From: Octopus vulgaris | Lineage: Eukaryota | NCBI GenBank assembly: GCA_951406725.2 | Contig: OX597817.1 | Span: 169,136,001 to 169,200,000 of the forward strand | Direction of reading: 5' to 3' | DNA length: 64,000 bases | Shown here: positions 36,429 through 49,735 of the stretch, piece by piece | How the letters are laid out: every line of letters starts with the position of its first letter | How positions within the stretch are numbered: position 1 is the stretch's first letter | Notes under the pieces: model-generated | What the model saw: the letters and a program-made list of their open reading frames with translations, nothing else | Told to the model about the DNA's origin: nothing | The model's database searches: none | Program-made: the position numbers and the translations under genes

Positions 36429-36492
36429 TGATGATGGTGATGGTGATGGTGATGGTGATGGTGGTGGTGGTGGTGGTGATGATGATGATGAT

Positions 36493-37084
36493 GCACTACA
36501 AATTCGGCACTCCTGCTAACTGGTATGAACATCATCCTCAGCCAGTTGTTGAAGGTAAAAATGTCACCATCCTCTGGGATTTTCCAGTCAACACTGACAG
36601 AACGATCAAGGCTAATCGACCAGACATAGTTATTAAAGACAGGGAAGAAAATACCTGCAGACTAATAGAGGTAAGCGTCCCCACTGATAACAATATATCT
36701 GTAAAGGAATTCGACAAACTTAGTAAATATAAGGACCTGGAAATCGAAATACAAAAGCTGTGGAATCTTAAAACAAAAACTGTTCCTGTTATTGTAGGTG
36801 CCCTAGGTATGATAAAAAAGGGATGTCAGAAACACCTAGACAATATCCCTGGAGAACCATGTCTCAAGGAAATCCAAAAGATTGTGCTAACAAGTACTGC
36901 CCACATCCTTAGAAAAACCCTATCAATGTAAATGTTTGTGTTGTATTACATGGAGATATTTCTCTACTTCCCCTCCCCATGCTTTCAGCTATATTTCAAC
37001 AACTCTTAACCTTCACTTGCCCTAGGGCGCTGGGTGTGCCCCGGCAAGTGATTGCATCAAACATGTAGATTAAAAGTAAATGAC

Positions 37085-37116
<32 letters not shown>
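36493..37116 (+). mobile_element. Dong/R4-clade LINE 3' end (restriction-like endonuclease), (TAA)n tail
   Basis: WYEH.P..V.E...TILWDF...TDRTIKANRPDIV...KLSKYKDL.IEI..LW...TVPVIVGALG...TAHILRKTL*. Confidence 0.9.
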
Positions 37117-37119
<3 letters not shown>

Positions 37120-37242
37120 TCTTATTTTATAATCAGGTGTACTACAATTTATTGGGAAAGGATAAAAGAGAGGACAGAAAGTTGCAATATACAAAGTAAA
37201 AGAAAGCAGTGATATAACTAAAAGTGCATGAATAATACACAT

Positions 37243-37640
37243 AGGCGCAGGAGTGGCTGTTTGGTAAGTAGCTTGCTAACCAACCACATGGTTCCGGGTT
37301 CAGTCCCACTGTGTGGCATCTTGGGCAAGTGTCTTCTGCTATAGCCCCGGGCCGACCAATGCCTTGTGAGTGGATTTGGTAGACGGAAACTGAAAGAAGC
37401 CTGTCGTATATATGTATATATATATAAGTGTGTGTGAATATGTTTGTGTGTCTGTGTTTGTCCCCCTAGCATTGCTTGACAACCGATGCTGGTGTGTTTA
37501 CGTCCCTGTAACTTAGCGGTTCGGCAAAAGAGACCGATAGAATAAGTACTGGGCTTACAAAGAATAAGTCCCGGGGTCGATTTGCTCGACTAAAGGCGGT
37601 GCTCCAGCATGGCCGCAGTCAAATGACTGAAACAAGTAAA
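37243..37640 (+). mobile_element. SINE A, young full-length copy
   Basis: Family A consensus followed by an A-rich tail. Confidence 0.9.
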
Positions 37641-38171
37641 AAAAAAAAAAAAAAAAAAGAGAATAAGACACAAAAAGGTAGAATAGTGAACAGTAAAAAA
37701 GCCATGAAGCAGAAAGGGATTATAGACACTTCAGAAGTAGTGTTGGAGAATTTTGAGAAGCACGAAATTTTTGAAAGATGTAGTTTCTTGACAGCTAACA
37801 ACTGATGCAAGTAGCTTATTCCATGCTTCAATAATTCTGAGTGTGAAAAAATGTTTCTGAAAGTCATGGGTGCTGTGCTGTTTTTATTTTCATTTTATAA
37901 GCATATATTACAGCAATTCTCACCTGGAGTTCCATGGCACCCCAGGCTTCTGCTACAACTTGCTAGGGGTTCCATGAAAATTAGTGATCAATAAGCTAAT
38001 AATATGCAAAGACGTTTTTGATTAATTTTTGTGCTTAATTATTTATTCATAGTTTTATTACACTTTCATGGCATATTGCCTCAGGTAGAGAAATCCTGAC
38101 ATCCAGGTAGTAAGGAGATCCTATTGGGTTTCCTCATAAGCTTCAGTATTGGTTAAAATGAAATTTCTTAA

Positions 38172-39025
38172 CTTTTTAACATTCAGATTACTCTGTCAAA
38201 TGTAATGCTTATTTATTCACATTGTTTTGAATTAAACATGCATTACCTCCTAGCGTTCAATGATGTGACTGTGTATTTTTAGACTGGCATTTTGTGGTAG
38301 GTGTGAGAGGCTGGATCTGGCCACTTTGAACATAAAATAGAATAATTTGGCCTGACATGGCTGGTTTAACTCTTTAGCATAAATATTCACATTACAAATT
38401 ACACGAACGTGTATAAACAGGAGATACAAATAATACAGGCCCCCCCCCAACACACTAACTAAAATAATACAGGTACTCCCCCCCCCCAACACACTAACTT
38501 AAACATAGACACACATAGGGGTATACACATGTGCAAATAAAGACTCATACAATAAGAATACAAAATACAAAATGGCTGATCGTTTGTAAGGAGAGACACA
38601 CAAATAAGAAAGAGGAAAGCAAAGGACCACTGATGAGGTCACAGAAGTGTGACGAAAGAACTCTGGCCAAAATAAGATTAAGATAAATGTAAAAAATAAA
38701 TAATGCTGAAGCAAAGTAACACCAAATATATAGTGCCTGTGTTTTTATTGGCTAAACTGGCAACATGACCATTCCTAAATGCAACAATATCTGTTTCAAC
38801 ACACGATTTCACATCAAGAATCTTGCAAAACAAATATATAAACGTAATGTTCACATTGTTTTGAATTAATCATGCATTATCTCATAGCTTTGAAATTTTT
38901 AATATGTGACTGTTTATTTTTAAAATGACATTGTTGCATAGGTATGAAAGGCCAGATCTAGCTGGTTTCATCATAGAAAGGATTGAATATTTGGGCCTGA
39001 TACGGTCAGTTTAAATGCTAAAGGG
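38172..39025. mobile_element. Rearranged piggyBac-like MITE with a roughly 480-bp insert; intact relative at 48329-48550
   Basis: TTAA flanks; ends ...AATGCTAAAGGG; internal sequence duplicated either side of the insert. Confidence 0.6.
38627..38666 (+). ncRNA. Minimal type-I hammerhead motif
   Basis: CCA-CTGATGA-g-GTCACAgaagTGTGAC-GAAA-GAAC-TC-TGG; perfect 6-bp stem II. Confidence 0.6.
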
Positions 39026-39679
39026 TTAAACCATTTTTCTGGCATCTTTGTGATTTCAGCACTGCCAGACTTTTCAAAGATTCTTTTATCTTTTGATTAC
39101 TCTTTGTGAAGCACATGGCTCAGTGGTTAGAGTGTTGGGCTCACAGTCATGAGGTAGTGAGTTCCATTCCTGGACCAGGCTGTGTGTTGTGTTCTTGAGC
39201 AAGACACTTTATTTAGCATTGCTCCAGTTCACTCAGCTGTAGAAATGAGTTGCAACGTCACAAGTGCCAAACTGTATTGGCCTTTGCCTTTCCCTTGGAT
39301 AACATTGGTGGCATGGAGAGGAGAGGCTGATATGCATGGGCAGCTGCTAGTCTTCCATAAACAATTTTGCCTGGACTTGTGCCTTGGAGGGGAACTCTCT
39401 AGGTGCAGTCCCATGACTGAAAGGGGTCGTTACCCTTTTTACTCTTTTACAAAATTGAACTTAATGAAAGATAAAAAGTGAGTTTAATAAAGATGTGTAA
39501 TAATTTTTATGTAGTGGTTCCCTGAGATATGGAATGTGTTCCAAGGAATCCACAAGACTAAAATTGTTGGAAATGTTAGCATATAAGACAGATAATGCTC
39601 ACATTGATGTAAAGATGGCAAAAACTGATTTTGGACTCATATGGACTAAGCAATTTGATATTGTATATATAAAGGACTG

Positions 39680-39707
39680 TTGTAGTAGTAGTAGTAGTAG
39701 TAGTAGT

Positions 39708-39745
<38 letters not shown>

Positions 39746-40215
39746 TAATAGTAGTGGTAGTATAGTAGAGTAGTAGTAGAAGTAGTAGTAGTAGTAGTAG
39801 TAGAAGTAGTAGTAGTAGTAGTAGTAGAAGTAGTAGTAGTAGAAGTAGTAGTAGTAGTAGTAGTAGAAGTAGTAGTAGTAGTAGTAGTAGAAGTAGTAGT
39901 AGTAGTAGAAGTAGTCGTAGTAGTAGTAGTAGTGGTGGTAGTAACAGCAGCAGTAGCAGTAGTAGTAGTAGGAGGAGGAGGAGTGGAAATGATGGTAGAA
40001 ACTGTGGTAGTGATGGTAGTAGTTGTAGTAGTGATGGGAATAATTATAATGATTGCAGTGATGGTGGTGGTAATGATGAAGGCGGTCTTTGTAGTAGTGG
40101 TAGTAAGAATAGTAGTTGTGGTGGCATTAGTAGTATTAGTAGTAGTAGCAGCAGTAGTAACAGTGGTAGTAATAATATGGGTGGTTTTATAAGCTGTAGT
40201 AGTTGTCATAGTAGT
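39680..40215. repeat. Long compound (AGT)/(AGC)/(GGT) trinucleotide tract
   Basis: Direct reading. Confidence 0.95.
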
Positions 40216-40324
40216 GGTATATACAAATGTATTTAATAGTACATGCTACATAATTGTAAGATATAATTGAGTTCTGGGGAGGTTGAAGAGAAATTAGCCA
40301 AATATGATCTGATAGATGGATAAT

Positions 40325-40523
40325 GTGTGTATACATACATACATACATACATACATTCATACATACATATTTATATATGTATATATATATACATGCATGT
40401 ATACATACATACATATATACATACATATTTATATATGTATATGTATACATGCATGTATATACATGCTTGTATACACATGCACATATATATAAATATATAC
40501 ATACATATATACATATATGTGTG

Positions 40524-40571
<48 letters not shown>

Positions 40572-40598
40572 TATATACATATATATATATATATACAC

Positions 40599-40686
<88 letters not shown>

Positions 40687-40735
40687 ATATACAAATATAG
40701 ACATGCATACATACATACATACATACATACATAAA
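40325..40735. repeat. (TA)/(TACA) compound microsatellite
   Basis: Direct reading. Confidence 0.95.
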
Positions 40736-41562
40736 CCATGCATGCAAAATGTCAATGGACGGTGATTGATGGATGTGAAAATGCTATGTTATGATAGTAG
40801 AAGATTCTTGTAAGGAGAGGAGGAGACTGAAGCAGACAAGAAGACATTGGAAGACAGAGTGGGGTCAAATTACAAGATGATCAATTTTGTCACAGACAAG
40901 GTGCTGCAGGATAAAGATGTCATACAGCAGTTTAACTCATACTGGTATGGAAGACAGATTTTAAAACATTGTTATTATTGTTGTTTGGCCACAAGTCAGA
41001 ACCGAAATCAACGACTGGCACCCATGCCAACCTCCCTCCATTGGACACTAAACACTGCTTGCGAAGACCTGTTGGGGCAAGTGAAATCGAAATTGAACCA
41101 AATTCGATGACTGGCACCCGTGCCAGTGGAGCGCTGACAGCTCCATCTGAGTGGGATCATTGCCACAGCAGCTGTCTGGCTCCTGTGCCTGTGGCATGTA
41201 AAAAGCACCATTTGAGCGTGATTGTTACCAGCGTCGCCTTACTGGCACTTGTGCTAGTGGCACGTGAACAAAACATTCGAGCGAGGTCGTTGGCAGTGCC
41301 ACTGGACTGACTCCTGTGCAGGTAGCATGTAAAAAACACCATTTCGAGCCTGGCCGTTGCCAGTACTGCCAGACTGGCCCTCGTGCCAGTGGCACGTAAA
41401 AGCACCCACTACACTCTCAGAGTGGTTGGCGTTAGGAAGGGCATCCAGCTGTAGAAACTCTGCCAAATCAGATTAGAGCCTGGTGCAGCCATCTGGTTCG
41501 CCAGTCCTCAGTCAAATTGTCCAATCCATGCTAGCATGGAAAGCAGACGTTAAATGATGATG

Positions 41563-41782
41563 CTGAAGGTGTGCTGAAAAGTTCCTGGCTTTAAGGGTAT
41601 CGCGAAAGGCCTGGTTGGAGGCCCAACCTCCTGAGTTCCTTTACAGGCCTTAGAAAAACTGAAGGACCACTGCAATAAGTGTGTGAATCTGAGAGGAGAA
41701 TATGTTGAATAAAATCATAATTAGCAGATCCTCCTGTATTTTCTTTTATTCAAAGCCAGGAACTTCTCAGCATTCCCTTGTA
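41563..41782 (+). mobile_element. Mariner-derived MITE retaining the transposase C-terminus; second copy 54311-54530
   Basis: TIR GTGCTGAAAAGTTCCTGGCTTT / AAAGCCAGGAACTT.TCAGCA; LEKLKDHCNKCVNLRGEYVE*. Confidence 0.85.
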
Positions 41783-42235
41783 TATGAACAAAGATGGTTG
41801 GAGTGTTGTATACTTAGGACTGCAATAGGCTCAAGTGTGGTTGTGTGGTTAAGAAACTTGCTTCCTAATCATGTGGTCTTGGGTTCAATCCCACTTTGTG
41901 GTGTCTTGGGTAAGTGTCTTCTGCTGTAACTCAAGACTGATCAACGCCTTTTGAGTGGTTTTGGCACGCGGAAACTGGAAGAAGCCTGTCATATATATAT
42001 ATATATGTGTATGTGTGTGTGTTTTGACATCATGTGATGGTTGTAAATGAGCATCCCTGTCAAACTAGTGGTGTTGTTCATGTCCATTCTTTCATGAAAA
42101 ATATGTCTGGCCATGTTTACTTAGAAACAGGCCAAAAGGAATGCATCTGGCTGCAGAAAAAATCTGCCGTAAGAACTTTGGTCTGTTCCAGGTAAGCATG
42201 GAAAAGTGGATGTTTAACAATGGTGATGATCTTGG

Positions 42236-42646
42236 ACTCTTTACTCTTTACTCTTTTACTTGTTTCAGTCATTTGACTGCGGCCATGCTGGAGCACCGCC
42301 TTTAGTCGATCAAATCGACCCCGGGACTTATTCTTTGTAAGCCCAGTACTTATTCTATCGGTCTCTTTTGCCGAACTGCTAAGTGACGGGGCACGTAAAC
42401 ACACCAGCATCGGTTGTCAAGCAATGCTAGGGGGACAAATACACACACACAAACACACACACATACACATATATATACATATATACGACAGGCTTCTTTC
42501 AGTTTCCGTCTACCAAATCCACTCACAAGGCATTGGTCTACCCGGGGCTATAGTAGAAGACACTTGCCCAAGATGCCACGCAGTGGGACTGAACCCGGAA
42601 CCATGTGGTTGGTTAGCAAGCTACTTACCACACAGCCACTCCTGCG
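42236..42646 (-). mobile_element. SINE A, young full-length copy
   Basis: Family A consensus. Confidence 0.9.
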
Positions 42647-45595
42647 ACTACATCATCTAATTTATATCTGGGACGAAATTGTCCATGGTACTCTTTTTCT
42701 TATGATGGTTGGGTGTGCTTTGTGGAAGGTTCAGCTGCTATTCATCATCATCATCGTTTAACGTCCGTTTTCTGTGCTTGCATGGGTTGGACAGTTCGAC
42801 TGGGGTCTGGGAAGCCAGGAGGCTGCATAAGGCTCCAGTCTGATCTGGCAGTGTTTCTACGGCTGGATGCCCTTCCTAATGCCAACCACTCCGTGAGTGT
42901 AGTGGGTGCTTTTTACGTGCCAGGGGAGGCTGGAAACGGCCACGATTGGTTGGTGCTTTTTACATGCTACTGGCACAGAAGCCAGTCAAGGCGGCGCTGG
43001 CATCAGCCACGTTCGGATGGTGCTTTTTATGTGCCACCGGCACAGGTATCACAACTACAATTTCCATTTGATATTTATTTTGATATACTTGACTCAATAG
43101 GTCTCCTCAAGCACAGCAGGTCATGTGCCACAGGCACAGAAGCCAATCAAGGCGGCGCTGGCATCGGCCACGTTCAGATGGTGCTATTCTTTGAATTAAT
43201 TATTACCTTATCTTCTAACTTCAAGATTTTGATAATAATCATGATCATCATCAATATTTAATGTCCACTTTCCATGTCGGCATGGGTTTGACGGTTTGAC
43301 TGAGAACTGGCAAGCCGGGAGGCTGCACCAGGCTCCAATCTGATTTGGCAAGGTTTCTACAGCTGGATGCCCTTCCTAACACCAATCACTCAGAGAGTGT
43401 AGTGGGTGCTTTTTGTTTATTCACATCATTTAAAATTAATCCTGCATCAACTTGTAGCTTCAAGATTTCAAGATGTGATAATATATTTTTGGAATGACAT
43501 GCATGCCTTTCCTCCCTTGGACACACAAAGACCTGTTGAGGCAAGCGAAGTCGATATCAAACCTCATATGACGACAGGCACCTATGCCAACCCCCCTTTG
43601 CTTGCGAAGACCTGTTGGGGCAAGTGAAATTGGAATCGAAATTAAACCAATCCTATGACTGGCACCCGGCAGATGCCAGGACCCCTGGACTGGAGATACG
43701 TAAAAAGCACTATCCGAATCGTGGCCGATGCCAGCGCCGCCTCGACTGGCTTCCGTATCGGTGGCACGTAAAAAGCACTATCCGAATCGTGGCCGAAACC
43801 AGTGCCGCGTAAAATGCACCAATCCAACCGTGGCCGATGCCTGCCTCACCTGGCACCAGTGCAGGTGGCACATAAAAAGCACCCACTACACTCACGGAGT
43901 GGTTGGCGTTAGGAAGGGCATCCAGCTGTAGAAACATTGCCAGATAAGACTGGAGCCTGGTGCAGCCTTCTGGCTTCCCAGATCTCCAGTCGAACCATCC
44001 AACCCATGCTAGCATGGAAAACGGACGTTAAACAATGATGATGATGATTGTAGAGTAGGTGTGAGAGGCCAGTGGTAGCCAGTATGAACATAAAACAGGT
44101 AGCATATTTGGGCCGGATATGGCCAGAGGAAATGCTAAACAGTTAAGGTGGCTAGCTGGCAGAAACATTAGGGTTTCAGACAAAATGCTTCATAGCACTG
44201 CTCCTGGCTCTTTACATTCTGAGCTAGAATGTAAATATTTAATGTCCATTTCCCATGTTGGCATGGTTGGATGGATTGACAGGAACTGGCAAGGCCAGGG
44301 TCCACACCAAGTTCCATAGTCTGTTTTGGCTTGGTTTCTGTGGCTGGATGCCCTTCTTGCTGCTAACTACTCCACAGAATGTACTGGGTGCTTTTCACAT
44401 GACACCATCACCTGTGCTTTTTATGTGGCCTCAGCACCCACATGAATGTGTTTTATGCGGCACCTTGGTTTTAGGATCTCAGTTCTGTTCTGCTGGGTGA
44501 GTCTTCTCATCATCATCATCATTGTTTAACGTCCGTTTTCCATGCTAGCATGGGTTGGATGGTTCGACCGGGGTCTGGCAAGCCAGAAGGCTGCACAAGG
44601 CTCCAGTCAGATCTGGCAGTGTTTCTACAGCTGGATGCCCTTCCTAACGCCAACCACTCCATGAGTGTAGTGGGTGCTTTTTACGTACCACCAGCACAGG
44701 TGCCAGGGGAGGCTGGCAACGGCCACAATCGGTTGGTGCTTTTTACATGCCACCGGCACAGAAACCAGTCACGGTGGCTCTGGCATCGACAACGTACGGA
44801 TGGTGCTTTTTACGTGCCACCAGCACAGGTGCCAGGGGAGGCTGGCAACGGCCACAATCAGTTGGTGCTTTTTACATGCCACCAGCACGGAAACCAGTCA
44901 CGGTGGCTCTGGCATCGACAACATACGGATGGTGCTTTTTACGTGCCACCAGCACAGGTGCCAGGGTAGGCTAGCAACAGCTATGATCGGTTGGTGGTTT
45001 TTACGTGTCACAGTAATGCACCACATATCTAGTCCTCTGTCATCTCCTTCAAAGGTTCAGTGCTTTGTTAGAATTACATTGAAGGATATATAACTTGTCT
45101 TTCATGAAGTAAATTAGTTTAGTAGTGTCCAAGATTCTCAAAGATAAATTCTGCTGAACATTTTCAGATTAATGGATCACACACTAATTTAATATTGTTA
45201 TTATTGATTACAGAAGGGAGTTATTTCTACACTGTTGAGCTTATTTGTAGTTAAGTAGATAGAACTATTTGGGGGTTGTTTTTCTTTGCCACAAACTGTC
45301 AAGTTAAATGGAAATAAATCTTCAAATTTTTCTCAACCAGAAATTTTTATAATTTTTTATATCTTTTATCTTACCTCTATTATTTGTTTCAGTGATTACA
45401 CTGCGGTCATACTGGGGCACCACCTCGAAGAGAATTTAGTCATTTGAGTTGACCCTAATGCTTGTTTTTTGTTAAGTCTGGTACTTGTTCTATTGCTCTC
45501 TTTTTGCTGAGCTGCTAAGTTACTGGGGCATAAACACATCAACACTGTTTGTGAAATGGTGGTGGGGACAAACAGGCACAAAAACACACATAGAT

Positions 45596-45630
<35 letters not shown>

Positions 45631-45963
45631 CATATACATACATACATGTATATCACCATGATCACCATGACCAACCAGGCTATCAGGTGTTGCTACACAT
45701 CGCTGGTCACAATGTGCTTCACATTGTTTTAGCCTTCAAATGACGCCACCCCGCTGGCTAAGCGAGCAGGCCAACAGAAGAAAGAGTGAGAGAAAGTTGT
45801 GGCGAAAGAGTAGAGCAGGGATTGCCACCACACCCTGCCAGAGCCTCGTGGAGCTTTTTAGGTGTTTTCGCTCAATAAACACTCACAACGCCCGGTCTGG
45901 GAATCAAAACCGTGATCCTATGACCTTAAGTTCGCTGCCCTAACCACTAAACCATTGCGCCTC

Positions 45964-46000
<37 letters not shown>

Positions 46001-49000
46001 GACAGGCTTCTTTCAGTCTCCATCTACCAAATCTACTCACAAGGCTTTGGTTGGCCTGAGGTTATAGTAGAAGACACTTACCCAAGGTGTCACACAGTGG
46101 AGCTAAACCCAGAACCGTGTAGTTGGTAGGCAAGCTTCTTGCCATATGGCCAATTTTATTAGATTTTTATGTTAGATTTTTATCAACAGTTTTAGTGGAA
46201 TACTGGACATAAAGTTGCTTGGATTGTATTGATATATGACAAAAATATGGCTGTATGCAATGAACCACTGAATGTCCTGATTGATTTTTCTTTGTTTGCT
46301 AATGTCCAAGGAGATACTGTGTGTAATATGATAATATATGTATGGAAAAAATATCTCTGTAATATAAAAAATATGTATGCAAAGAGCCGCTACAGCTAGT
46401 TGTTATTTTGGGGCTGGCTCTCATTTGGCCAACCCAATTAAGACCTTGGTCAGCCCTAATTGGAAAGGTTTATAGTAAAAGGCATTCCAGCCAGGCACAT
46501 CCTATCATCATCATCATCATTATCATCATCATCGTTTAACGTCCGTTCTCCATGCTAGCATGGGTTGGACGGTTCGACCGGGGATCTGGGAAGCCAGAAG
46601 GCTGCACCAGGCTCCGGTCTTATCTGGCAAAGTTTCTACAGCTGGATGCCCTTCCTAACGCCAACCACTCCGTGAGTGTAGTGGGTGCTTTTTACGTGCC
46701 ACCTGCACTGGTGCCAGGCGAGGCTGGCAACGGCCACGGTCGGATTGGTGTATTTTATGTGCCACCGGCACGGAGGCCAGTCGAGGCGGTGCTGGCATCG
46801 GCCACGAGTCGGATAGTGCTTTTTACGTACCACCAGACCAGGGATCCTGGCTGGTTCAATTCGATTTCGCTTGCCCCAACATGTCTTCGCAAGCAAAGGG
46901 TATCTCTTTAGAAAATTCTAGGGCTACATTATTCAGTGTTTCCTTTTTTAAGATGGTGAGATTTGAATTGGCTCAATTTATGTTAGTTTTTCACCATATG
47001 TGCCCTGTGGCACCATCACTCAGCTGCATATAATAAACGAAAAAATAAAGAGACAACAAATGAGTTTCTGTTTGAGGCAATAAGCTGGCAAAATTGTTAG
47101 CACACCGGCCAAAATGCTTAGCGGCATTTCATACATCTTTATGTTTTGAGTTCAAATTCCACTGAGGTTGACTTTGACTTTAATCTTTTCAGAGTCAGTA
47201 AAATAAGTACCTGTTGATCACCAGGGTCGAGGTAATTGACTTACCTCAAAAATATATGAAAGACTGTAATCTTCTATTCTAGAATGTTAATATTGGTATA
47301 ATGGTATTTTATAATGGTATGTTAAGGCGGCGAGCTGGTAGAAACGTTAGCACGCCGGGCGAAATTCGTAGCCGTATTTCGTCTGTCGTTACGTTCCGAG
47401 TTCAAATTCCGCCGAGGTCGACTTTGCCTTTCATCCTTTCGGGGTCGATAAATTAAGTACCAGTTATGCACTGGGGTTGATGTAATTGACTTAATACGTT
47501 TGTCTGTCCTTGTTTGTCCCCTCTGTGTTTAGCCCCTTGTGGGTAGTAAAGAAATATGGTTGCATGTATGTGTAGTATTTGTGTGTGTTTGTGCCCTTGT
47601 CTTCATATCAAGATGGTCAAAAGTGACCATCACAAATGATGTTGTTCATTTCCAGTCCTCCATGAAAGTTGTGTCTGACCATGAGGAAATATCATTTATC
47701 TTACTTGGAAACAATTGAGAGTTGGTGACAGGAAGGGCCCCTTGTGGGTAGTAAAGAAATATATAATGGGATTTTAACTCTGGAAAGTTGAACAATGTCC
47801 AACAAAACAATACACACAACACAAATGAACACAGTGTAATTATACATTTTTCTTCTTACTGATTAAGAATGAAATGTCGTCATCGTCGTTGTTCATTTTT
47901 CTTTAACTTTTTGTTGAGGCAAATTTTTTAAAGACATCCTATTGTCTTAAAAACAGTAGAACATATAATTATTTCTTTATTGCCCACAGGGGTCTAAACA
48001 TAGAGGGGACAAACAAGAACAGACAAACAGATTAAGTCGATTATATCAACCCCAGTGCGTAACTGGTACTTATTTAATCGACCCCGAAAGGATGAAAGGC
48101 AAAGTCGACCTCGGCAGAATTTGAACTCAGAACGTAGAGGCAGACAAAATACCGCTAAGCATTTCGCCTGGCGCTCTAATGTTTCTGCCAGGTCACAGTG
48201 AAAACATTTTTGATCATTGGTCTGCTGAGAAGCAACACTATGAAATTAATGAGAGCGTTTCTGTGTGGTTGCTTGACCTGCTAGAAATATCAGTTAAATC
48301 TCCTTCAAATCTTAAAATATCATCTTAACTCTTTAGCATTTAAACCAGCCACATCAGACCCAAACATTTTAAGAGTTTTTTTGTTCAAACTAGCCAAATC
48401 TGGCCTCTTACACCTACTTTTCAATATTATTCTAAAAAATGAACAAACACATTATCAAAATCTTAAAACTATAAGATAATGCATAATTAATTCAAAACAA
48501 TGTAAATCAATAAACACTATAGTTGACAGAGTAATCTGAATGACAAAGGGTTAAATAAAAAAAACCCAGTTTGGATGATATAGTCCTTGTTATGCTATGT
48601 ATGAGAGGCACAATGGCCCAGTGGTTAGGGCAGTGGACTCACGGTTGGAGGATCGCAGTTTCGGTTCCCAGATCGGGCGTTGTGTGTGTGTTTATTGAGC
48701 GAAAACACCAAAAGCTCCACGAGGCTCTGGCAGGGGGTGGTGGCGACCCCTGTTATACTCTTTTGCCTCAACTTTCTCTCACTCTTTCTTCCTGTTTCTT
48801 GAGTAACACTGCGACGGACTGGTGTCCTGTCCAGCTGGGGGGTGGGAGGGTGGGGTGGCATACGCCACAGAAACCGGGAAACCGGGCCCATGAGCCTGGC
48901 TAGGCTTGAAAAGGGCACATAAATAAATAAAGGCTATGTATGAACAAAAGTTGGAATTGTCATGGTAGGAATGCCTTTGATCATAAGCCTACTGGTTCAA

Positions 49001-49073
49001 AACTGACCATAGAGTAAAACTATCACCACTACAACAACAACTGAAAGAATATTTTACTGGTTTTCTTTTACAG

Positions 49074-49190
49074 GTAAACGTCGGCGTCAGCTTGCAGATT
49101 TCCCTGGAGCATCTCACATACTCAAACATTTGAAAAATCCTCCACAGAGACAAAGAGTTGGCTTCACATCAACAGGACCCTCTCCAAGAC
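49074..49190 (+). CDS. AMT: AMT exon 6 (GKRRRQLADFPGASHILKHLKNPPQRQRVGFTSTGPSPR)
   Basis: ttttcttttacag acceptor, GAC|gtaagc donor, 117 nt, phase 1 to 1; KRRR..DFPGA and RVG motifs. Confidence 0.95.
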
Positions 49191-49285
49191 GTAAGCTTTA
49201 GCAGATCCCTTCATTCATCATTATTCCCTTCTCCATTCCGTACTTTTGTAAAAGGACATTGTAACATCTCTGTACTTTCTTTGTC

Positions 49286-49496
49286 TTCTCTTTTACTCCT
49301 TTACTTGTTTCAGTCATTTGACTGCGGCCATGCTGGTGCACTGCCTTTAGTCGAGCAAATCGACCCAAGGACTTATTCTTTGTAAGCCTAGTTCTTATTC
49401 TATCGGTCTCTTTCGCCGAACCGATAAGTTACGGGGACATAAACACACCAGCATCGGTTGTCAAGCAATGTTGTGGGGACAAACACAGATACACAA

Positions 49497-49561
<65 letters not shown>

Positions 49562-49735
49562 CATATATACAATGGGCTTCTTTCAGTTTCCATCTACCAA
49601 ATCTACTCACAAGGCTTTGGTCGGCCTGAGGCTATAGTAGAAGACACTTGCCCAAGGTGTTACGCAGTGGGACTGAACCCGGAACCATGTGCTTGGTAAG
49701 CAAGCTGCTTACCACACAGCCACTCCTGCGCCTAT
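49286..49735 (-). mobile_element. SINE A about 95 bp downstream of AMT exon 6
   Basis: Family A consensus. Confidence 0.9.

Noticed and set aside
39646-40209. Thr-rich mucin-like ORF
   Set aside because: Pure trinucleotide microsatellite inside an intron with no supporting gene structure
40187-40765. YIYI/HTHT ORFs here and at 14925-15343 and 50196-50949
   Set aside because: Dinucleotide and tetranucleotide repeats lack stop codons
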